Assembly: GCA_048938105.1 (NCBI GenBank)
Contig: JBHLMN010000039.1
Span: forward strand, 1 to 14,628
Origin: Promethearchaeota archaeon
GTDB lineage: Archaea; Asgardarchaeota; Heimdallarchaeia; Hodarchaeales; Hodarchaeaceae
Length of the DNA stretch: 14,628 nt
Direction of reading: 5' to 3'
Part shown: in pieces, positions 8,826 through 14,628 of the stretch
How positions within the stretch are numbered: position 1 is the stretch's first letter
How the letters are laid out: each line of letters opens with the position of its first letter
Position numbers and translations under genes: made by a program
Notes under the pieces: model-generated
Seen by the model: the letters and a program-made list of their open reading frames with translations, nothing else
Database searches by the model: none
Told to the model about the DNA's origin: nothing

Positions 8826-8946
8826 CTTCCACTAAACGCACAATCAGTTCTTGATGCTTCTCTACAACCAGCCCTACTATTTTCTTTAGCTGCTTTCGGA
8901 GAGTTTCTTCTGATGCCTGGAGTACTGGAGTGGAGACACCAGTCAT
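8809..8946 (-). CDS. Candidate 45-aa helical peptide
   Basis: The ATG directly follows the TAA of the 8947-9582 gene. Translation MTGVSTPVLQASEETLRKQLKKIVGLVVEKHQELIVRLVEVILEI*. Confidence 0.25.
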   Translation of the reverse strand: MTGVSTPVLQASEETLRKQLKKIVGLVVEKHQELIVRLVEVILEI

Positions 8947-9582
8947 TTATCCTCTTCTTGAATCAAAGAATGTAATCTTAGATCTTCCTATACTAGCCCC
9001 GAGATAGAAGAAAATCAGAGGGAAAGTAAGTAAAAAAGCACTTAAAATGTAAAAGACGAGTAAGACCACAATTGCAAGGAAAAATGCCTCTTCACCAACA
9101 ACATTAGGGAAAAAGATGGTGGTCAAGAAAACCATTATGCCATAAGATGCGTAGTAGTAGGCCAATGTGGGTAATACTATAAATCCAAGTAAAAAAAAGA
9201 AAGTTGTCGGAGATTCTTGATTAATTAATGCGATCGGTACCAGAATAACCCCTGTTGAAATCATAAAAATTAAATAAGCAAAGAACCAATTAAAAAATGT
9301 TGGTAATGGCCCCTCCTGTTTCACCCATCTCCATCCTATAATGCAATCGATTAAAATATTCACAATGCTAAATACAAGACAAATAATCCACATACCTACT
9401 AATTCATCAGGTGAGAGAGACGATAACTGTGTTACAAAAACTAAACTAAAATCTAACGGGAATATTAAAATTAAAAATATTAATAATCCGATATTATAGA
9501 CTAGTTGAAACCATAAATAGATAGCTAGATAGAGAATGATTTTTCTCTCTTGAGGTGTCTTTAGCGCGTCGATAAATTCCAT
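8947..9582 (-). CDS. Hypothetical multi-pass membrane protein (~5 TM)
   Basis: Highly hydrophobic ORF. ATG 9582 (MEFIDALKTPQERKIILYLAIYLWFQ) is the more plausible start, although the frame is open to GTG 9669. Confidence 0.75.
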   Translation of the reverse strand: MEFIDALKTPQERKIILYLAIYLWFQLVYNIGLLIFLILIFPLDFSLVFVTQLSSLSPDELVGMWIICLVFSIVNILIDCIIGWRWVKQEGPLPTFFNWFFAYLIFMISTGVILVPIALINQESPTTFFFLLGFIVLPTLAYYYASYGIMVFLTTIFFPNVVGEEAFFLAIVVLLVFYILSAFLLTFPLIFFYLGASIGRSKITFFDSRRG

Positions 9583-9925
9583 CTTTTTTTCCCATTTAAA
9601 GAAATCTACTAATAAGTTAAAATTGGATGAACTAATTTTTAAGTCCATCGTTTTTGAAGTTGTCTTCACGCATTGACTTTTATCTCCATTTCGACGTTTT
9701 ATTTTTCTGGGATATCCACACGATGTGAATTTATCTTCAACAGGGTACTCTCACTTGTGTACGTGGTCGATTCTACCCAACTCCCAGATCTTTCCCGAAT
9801 AAAATATTATTTCGATCTTTGAATTCAAAATGGCAATAGGGGAATATATAATATGTATTCCACATTGGTAGTACATATAAACTTCCGTATTCTCAATTCA
9901 TTATTCTCGAATTAGTTATCTGAAG

Positions 9926-10375
9926 CTAGAATTCTGTTGGTATACGAATTTTAATCCCTAAATTTTTTTCAATAAGATTCCGTTTGTCAATTAAAGATCG
10001 TAGATCATTAGATATAAGGATAGCAGTGTGTTGAAATGCAGCTACTAAATATGGAACGTCCTTTACTTCCAAATCCAATATTTTAGCAATAATTCTAAAT
10101 TCAGGGATACGTCGTACTTCTGAAATAAGGGATTCGGTGAAAAGTTCCTTGAAATCGGTTTTGATATAACTAAAAGAGCAAATTTCCCAAAAACGAGTTT
10201 CTAATTCGGTATAAAAAATTGAAAGTCTGACTGATAATCTTTTAAGAACTCGTAGTATTTCCACGACCATGTAACTGGTTAATATCACTTGATACTTGTT
10301 ATGAGTTATTTTATCTCTCAGTCCAGACTCTTTCTTAAAAAAATCGGTAATCCAAACATTACAGTCAAAGATCAC
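9926..10375 (-). CDS. PIN-domain ribonuclease (VapC-like toxin)
   Basis: Acidic PIN motifs: IFDCNVWI, SYMVVEILRVL, KDVPYLVAA and ILISNDLRSL. Directly downstream of an RHH gene. Confidence 0.88.
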   Translation of the reverse strand: MIFDCNVWITDFFKKESGLRDKITHNKYQVILTSYMVVEILRVLKRLSVRLSIFYTELETRFWEICSFSYIKTDFKELFTESLISEVRRIPEFRIIAKILDLEVKDVPYLVAAFQHTAILISNDLRSLIDKRNLIEKNLGIKIRIPTEF

Positions 10376-10417
10376 GGATTAAATCTCACTTTTACTATGT
10401 TTGTCCATTGGAAAACT

Positions 10418-10741
10418 CTATCCATTGTTTAAAAGCTCTTTTTCTACTTCTATCCGAGCTGTTTCAACTTCTTTCTTTAAAGTATCTGGTGAGAGTCTTT
10501 CTAATTGCGTTATTAAGGCGTTCAGTGCATTTTCTGGGGTGTACTCAAAAGACATTGGAATAAAAACGTCTCCTCCAAGCAAGGAAAATAATTTTCGACG
10601 AATGAGGAATTCTCTAATGGCTTCTCGTGTGAATTCGGCTTTACTTTTATAACCAAGTTGAGATAAGACTTTTTGGGCTGCTTCATCCATTCTTTTGTTA
10701 ATTTTGATAGTCCAAATAATGTCCTCTTGAGTTGAGCTCAT
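10418..10741 (-). CDS. Ribbon-helix-helix (CopG/Arc/MetJ-like) DNA-binding protein, probable antitoxin
   Basis: Beta strand WTIKINKRM, helix DEAAQKVLSQLG, then YKSKAEFTREAIREFL (the G-x-x-S-x-A-E-F-x-R-E-A-I-R pattern of RHH proteins). Lies upstream of the PIN gene. Confidence 0.88.
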   Translation of the reverse strand: MSSTQEDIIWTIKINKRMDEAAQKVLSQLGYKSKAEFTREAIREFLIRRKLFSLLGGDVFIPMSFEYTPENALNALITQLERLSPDTLKKEVETARIEVEKELLNNG

Positions 10742-10753
10742 TTTTATACCTGG

Positions 10754-10769
10754 GTATTTCTAGAAATAC
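10754..10769. promoter_or_regulatory. Perfect 16-bp palindrome GTATTTCTAGAAATAC, probable operator of the RHH-PIN operon
   Basis: Perfect inverted repeat starting 13 bp upstream of the RHH ATG (10741). An additional ATACC/GGTAT half-site pair adjoins it. Confidence 0.6.
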
Positions 10770-11030
10770 TATAATATTTAGATATTTCTTCATAAGGTGT
10801 TGGCTATTCAAAAATGACACTCTTTTTGGATACGACCACCTGATTTTTCCCGCGGAAATGAATACAAAAAGACCAAAAATCTCCACTAGGATTCCTATTC
10901 TGATCATTAAACTCCAGATTGTTACATTTGACATATCGCTTACTCCATGAGAGCTAAATTTTTTTGATACTTACTGAAAAATTAAGGAATTTTCAGAATT
11001 CTCTTTTAAAGAGTGATAGAGGGTAATATC

Positions 11031-11168
11031 ATGCCAAATTCAATTGAACTACATTTTAGTGACCGAACTACTCATCATATCCATCGAATTATCAATAGAT
11101 TAGAAAAAAAGGGAATCAGAAGCATCATTACCGAATATAAGTATGTAATGGTTAGTAAATTAATTTAA
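11031..11168 (+). CDS. Candidate 45-aa basic peptide or winged-helix-like remnant
   Basis: GAGGG lies upstream of ATG 11031. Translation MPNSIELHFSDRTTHHIHRIINRLEKKGIRSIITEYKYVMVSKLI*. 'HRIINRLEKKGI' resembles a wHTH recognition helix. Confidence 0.3.
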   Translation: MPNSIELHFSDRTTHHIHRIINRLEKKGIRSIITEYKYVMVSKLI

Positions 11169-11206
11169 AAACAAGCGATCTGTATAGAATCTGTGTATTT
11201 CAATGT

Positions 11207-12361
11207 TTATAATGGTATATAGCGACGTATCGATGCGATTACTAATTCAAAATCATCGAATTCAGCGCTTCTATAAGGTTTTAACTTGAGTTTTTCCTTG
11301 TACAACATCTCAAATTGCTTTACTAGATATTGAGAGATAGCTTGAGTAACAAAATTTCTTTCTGTGACAACTAAAACACAGGATACTTCACGACCTGTTG
11401 CTGTTAGGATGTTTTTATCACCAAAAGATATCTGATCAATTCCTTTTTCACTCTTTATGGCTAATCTTAGTGATATGTTTAAAGCACTAAAGAATCCCCC
11501 TACTAATTGCCAATCTTGTAAACCATAATCATCGTCTTCGTAAATAAATGATCTAGAAAAAATAACAAGATCAGTCTTGTGATCTATTATTATTACAGCT
11601 TCAAGACTTGCAGGTGTGAGAAAAAATATTGCTGGATCCTTTTTAATTATGTAATTCAGATATAACCCACCGATTAGAAGGGGAATAAAATAGCTATATC
11701 CTGGAAGAGGTAATGTGAAAATCGTATCCAGTGTAATCAATATTATGAATGAGATCATAATGGCTGACAAAATCACAGAGGAGCGTACTGTAACAACTGT
11801 TCCTAATTTTTCCTTGGCAATCTTTGAAACATTAATTAATCGTTGAACTGCACTAAAGACTATTAAAATTGCGCTTATTGAGAAAAAAAGGAAGCCCAGA
11901 GGATCAAAATTGAGTTTAATATAGTCTGTTATTTTCAGGGTGAAAGTTGTTCCATTAATCAGGGCAGATCCAGTATTCGAAGCACTTATTAAAAATATCA
12001 AGACTATTGAAGAATATTTAAATTGAAAATCAGGTAAAATAAAAGAAAAACTGATTGTGAGTATGCAAAGTTGAGCAAAGACGAAACCAATCCGAAAGAT
12101 AGTTACAGTCAATGGATTTAGTGTATGGGGTGTATTTAAAAGCGCAGTTAACACCATTCCAGCAAAAAATATTAATGAAATGAATGATGCAAGAGTAAGC
12201 AGCTTCATTTCAACTATCGGACTCTTTCTTGAAGCGATGAATAGCATTATAAAAGAATATAAATATGATATAAAAATAAGCGTAGAGATAACAAGCTCAA
12301 CAATTATCATGATTATTTCAAATTCGGCCCAACACAGATTTATTCTAATTAAGTTTTCCAT
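11207..12361 (-). CDS. 7-TM membrane protein with C-terminal cytoplasmic longin-like domain (Asgard-type architecture)
   Basis: Seven hydrophobic helices in the first ~240 aa, a linker 'KKDPAIFFLTP', then 'AVIIIDHKTDLVIFSRSF...QLVGGFFSALNISL...IDQISFGDKNIL...SCVLVVTE...LVKQFEMLY...AEFDDFELVI', which has the beta-beta-alpha-beta-beta-beta-alpha-alpha order of longin folds. Confidence 0.8.
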   Translation of the reverse strand: MENLIRINLCWAEFEIIMIIVELVISTLIFISYLYSFIMLFIASRKSPIVEMKLLTLASFISLIFFAGMVLTALLNTPHTLNPLTVTIFRIGFVFAQLCILTISFSFILPDFQFKYSSIVLIFLISASNTGSALINGTTFTLKITDYIKLNFDPLGFLFFSISAILIVFSAVQRLINVSKIAKEKLGTVVTVRSSVILSAIMISFIILITLDTIFTLPLPGYSYFIPLLIGGLYLNYIIKKDPAIFFLTPASLEAVIIIDHKTDLVIFSRSFIYEDDDYGLQDWQLVGGFFSALNISLRLAIKSEKGIDQISFGDKNILTATGREVSCVLVVTERNFVTQAISQYLVKQFEMLYKEKLKLKPYRSAEFDDFELVIASIRRYIPL

Positions 12362-12438
12362 TTTCTTGGAAAAAAGGAATTACGTAGAAAAAGCTATCTG
12401 CTTTTTATCTTCGGAGACCTTTTCCCCCTTATTGTCGT

Positions 12439-12505
12439 TTAACATTGGGTAGGTTAAAGGTTTTATATAAAACGTTCTATAATCATCAACTTAACATTAG
12501 ATAAG
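12439..12505. repeat. 67-bp dispersed non-coding element, copy 2
   Basis: Same orientation as 5661-5727, offset by 6778 bp. Contains the perfect palindrome GTTTTATATAAAAC (12460-12473) and boxes at 12437-12450 and 12489-12502. Confidence 0.9.
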
Positions 12506-12560
12506 TTCTTCTTTTGAATGACCAACTAGTCAATTTCAATGTAGGTCATGAAATCGAATT

Positions 12561-13007
12561 TTAAAGTACTGTGTAAAAATATCCCATCAAAAAACCCACT
12601 ATCAGGTGTATTCCAATTTGCAAAGGGATGATTCTTGTCTTAAGATTCTCTGGTCTTATTTTTACAATATCGATCCAGATAGCAATACTAAACATGAGTG
12701 ATTCGAATAACAAGAGTACGACCGCACTTATAATATCACTATTAAACAAATTGATTTTTAATAGTCCCTCTTGGCTCCAAATGAAAACAAATACAATTGG
12801 ATGAAAGATCATGCCTACAATTAATCTTATCATATATGTATAGACCTTCTTATCTGTTTTAACAAATTTTTTCCCCCACTCATGTATGAAGTCATATTCT
12901 TTCGGAAGATATGATTTGACTCTCCATGTATTTGAAAATACTACTAGACCAATCATCATCCCAATTGCTGTTCCAAGAGCTGCTCCAAAGTAACTCAATC
13001 CTTTCAC
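12561..13007 (-). CDS. Hypothetical 4-TM membrane protein
   Basis: 148-aa ORF with GTG start and four hydrophobic segments. Intramembrane His residues occur in 'VGMIFHPIVFVFIW' and 'QIGIHLIVGFLMG'. Confidence 0.75.
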   Translation of the reverse strand: MKGLSYFGAALGTAIGMMIGLVVFSNTWRVKSYLPKEYDFIHEWGKKFVKTDKKVYTYMIRLIVGMIFHPIVFVFIWSQEGLLKINLFNSDIISAVVLLLFESLMFSIAIWIDIVKIRPENLKTRIIPLQIGIHLIVGFLMGYFYTVL

Positions 13008-13037
13008 TTAACTTTTCAGCTGTTTTGGATTCAAGGT

Positions 13038-13350
13038 TCAGATATTCTTAGATGTCACTTTTACATATTTAATGGCGTTTTCAGGACAAATTTCGACACA
13101 TCGATTGCAATAATAGCATTCGGTTTTTGGATTATCACGATATGCTGCATGGCTAGGACAGATCTTTTCACACAGACCACAATCTGTGCATTTATCTGTA
13201 CGAAGATATCTCGCTAGATTAAATGAAATTAATCCAGATAAAGCGCCGAATAGGCAGAATAACCGACACCATGTGCGATAAAGAAAGAAACTACTTATTA
13301 AAATCACTAATACGAACAATATTGTAATAAGTATCAGGTCAGAAAAACCC
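13038..13350 (-). pseudogene. 3' fragment of a membrane-bound 4Fe-4S binding protein (NapH/MauN/FixG-like polyferredoxin)
   Basis: One TM helix, then RTWCRLFCLFGAL (a CxxxCP-type motif with P replaced by L) and two ferredoxin motifs, CTDCGLCEKICP and CYYCNRCVEICP. The N-terminal TM helices and first CxxxCP motif typical of the family are missing. The ORF-track start (13406) is borrowed from an unrelated upstream fragment. The boundary at 13350 is approximate. Confidence 0.7.
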
Positions 13351-13443
13351 GTATTTCTTTTTAATTTCAATCCTAATTCCATCATCTGTTCGTTTAACAT
13401 AACCAATAGGAAAAATTGTAAAAGTTGGTTCTGTAAGGTTCAT
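13339..13443 (-). pseudogene. 5' fragment of a TrmO/TsaA-like (tRNA m6t6A37 methyltransferase family) gene
   Basis: ATG 13443, with GAGGA further upstream, gives MNLTEPTFTIFPIGYVKRTDDGIRIEIKKKYGFF*. F-x-I-x-PIGYV...IEI-x3-Y matches the TsaA-like N-terminus, but the expected 'L-x-GL-x2-FSH' continuation is absent. Confidence 0.6.
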
Positions 13444-13522
13444 AATTCTTTTCATCCTCGAAATTGAATAAATACTCGAATTTTTTCTTCTTCATTAGCT
13501 TAAAGATTTCTGATGTCGTTGG

Positions 13523-13942
13523 TTATTGCACATCTGCTATATAGATTTTTTTTTCTGAACCTCTGATACAAACATTGGCTAATTTTAATAATTCTGTTCC
13601 AATAATTGTTTCAAATCCCTCATCTTTAGGAGCAAAGCCTTCAGTAAGTATCCATCGGTCAAAAATTTTGACACGAACAAGAAAAACCTCACAAGGAATC
13701 TCAATATTACCAGAACCTAGTGAATCCTGTCGGTCAGGGTCACCTATAACGAATAACAAATCTCGGATGTCTCTTGATAGAAGCAATCCCTTTTCATATC
13801 CTGTGTCTATTATTGCATCTGTAACTATCGAACGATTCATCCCCTCTCTATGAATTTTGAGAGACATTGCAGGAATCATTATTCCTGATTCGATTTCTTT
13901 GAAAACATATTCATTTATAATTCTTAAATCGCACCTCACCAT
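13523..13942 (-). CDS. Clan AA (retropepsin-like) aspartic protease
   Basis: Catalytic motif AIIDTGY, flap-like 'SLGSGNIEIP' and C-terminal psi-loop motif IIGTELL. ATG 13942 lies 1 nt after the upstream TGA and is preferred over 13969. Confidence 0.85.
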   Translation of the reverse strand: MVRCDLRIINEYVFKEIESGIMIPAMSLKIHREGMNRSIVTDAIIDTGYEKGLLLSRDIRDLLFVIGDPDRQDSLGSGNIEIPCEVFLVRVKIFDRWILTEGFAPKDEGFETIIGTELLKLANVCIRGSEKKIYIADVQ

Positions 13943-13943
13943 A

Positions 13944-14279
13944 TCAAGTCCCACCTGGTATTTCATCACTCCAAGAGATATTACGTTCTTTTAACTGCTT
14001 CTTATAGGGATAGTGCCATTCTTTTCTTCCTTCATGTGGTGCTTTTATTACTTCAGATTTTAATAATAAGCCATCTATTCTTGACATATAATCATTTTTT
14101 AATCTATATTTACGATGAGAGGCTTTCCCAACGCTTTCAATTATTCCGACTTCTTCACAAGCTCTTAAAAATCCTGATAGTCTATTACGGTCTAGTTCAG
14201 TAGCTATTTGAGTCATTTCTAAGATCGTACTTTCATGAACTTGCTCTAAATGTGAGATAATTTTTGCTAGAATTGACAT
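13944..14279 (-). CDS. Winged helix-turn-helix DNA-binding protein with a ~50-aa C-terminal extension
   Basis: ILAKIISHLEQVHESTILEMTQIATELDRNRLSGFLRACEEVGIIESVGKASHRKYRL has the wHTH order: helices, G-I-I-E strand, wing, Y-R-L. Confidence 0.8.
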   Translation of the reverse strand: MSILAKIISHLEQVHESTILEMTQIATELDRNRLSGFLRACEEVGIIESVGKASHRKYRLKNDYMSRIDGLLLKSEVIKAPHEGRKEWHYPYKKQLKERNISWSDEIPGGT

Positions 14280-14290
14280 TTTTTCTCTAT

Positions 14291-14320
14291 TTAATTCACT
14301 AATTAATTCATTAATTAATA
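14291..14320. repeat. 12-bp tandem repeat (TTAATTCAYTAA x2 plus a partial third unit) in the divergent promoter region
   Basis: ttaattcactaa-ttaattcattaa-ttaata, starting 12 bp upstream of the wHTH ATG. It is very AT-rich, so it could be partly compositional. Confidence 0.45.
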
Positions 14321-14403
14321 TTTCTTTTATTTGGATAGGGAGCTTTAAGATTGGTCAATAGCTTCTACTACTAGGATTAACCAAAAAAAAGAAAGTGAGA
14401 TTT

Positions 14404-14628
14404 ATGGAAAAAAAAGAGTATTATAAGTATCTATTTCTCATTGGTGCTGTTTGGAATTGGCTAATTGGCATTATATTTATTATCACTTCGATTTTCATGC
14501 CTGACGTATATGTATTATTTGGTACGGATGCTCCGTCTAGTTTAGTATGGCTGCACATCTTCTTCATATTTGTAATCATTTTTGGTATTGGATATTATTG
14601 GGTTGGGCGGAATATCGATACGAATCAT
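14404..14628 (+). CDS. Hypothetical membrane protein, 5' part only (runs off the window)
   Basis: Open frame from ATG 14404 to the window end: MEKKEYYKYLFLIGAVWNWLIGIIFIITSIFMPDVYVLFGTDAPSSLVWLHIFFIFVIIFGIGYYWVGRNIDTNH. Preceded by GTGAG. Confidence 0.8.
   Translation, partial: MEKKEYYKYLFLIGAVWNWLIGIIFIITSIFMPDVYVLFGTDAPSSLVWLHIFFIFVIIFGIGYYWVGRNIDTNH

Noticed and set aside
9600-9800. Possible TnpB zinc-ribbon remnant on the minus strand (TYTSE and SCGYPRKIKRRNGDKSQC in different frames)
   Set aside because: Only two cysteines, split across frames, with no RuvC motifs. The resemblance could easily be chance.
10698-10934. 78-aa minus-strand ORF with one hydrophobic stretch
   Set aside because: Crosses the RHH operator and start codon. 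Its 5' half could be a membrane-gene remnant, but there is not enough support to call it.
8529-13853. Antisense or overlapping ORFs 8529-8714, 10401-10652, 10732-10950, 12180-12452 and 13575-13853
   Set aside because: Each lies opposite a better-supported gene or across its promoter.

Overview
AT-rich archaeal accessory region, very probably from an Asgard archaeon. This is inferred mainly from a 7-TM protein fused to a longin-like domain and from BRE/TATA-type promoters. Left arm (minus strand): a membrane-anchored 7-bladed beta-propeller surface protein and a ~1200-aa secreted multidomain protein ending in a metzincin-type zinc-protease domain. Middle: small membrane-protein genes in mixed orientation (one YIP1-like), a DUF2178-like membrane protein plus XRE regulator preceded by a 21-bp-periodic operator array, an RHH/PIN toxin-antitoxin pair, and the 7TM-longin gene. 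This ~6.8-kb middle block is bracketed by two direct copies of a 67-bp non-coding element (57/67 identical, ungapped), each built as palindromic box - TATA-like palindrome - palindromic box. Right arm: a membrane protein, a probable deletion scar joining a TrmO/TsaA-like 5' fragment to the 3' part of a 4Fe-4S membrane protein, a coupled winged-helix plus retropepsin-like protease pair, and a partial membrane-protein gene. No rRNA, tRNA, CRISPR array, integrase or intact transposase was seen. All family assignments come from motif recognition by eye, not from database searches.
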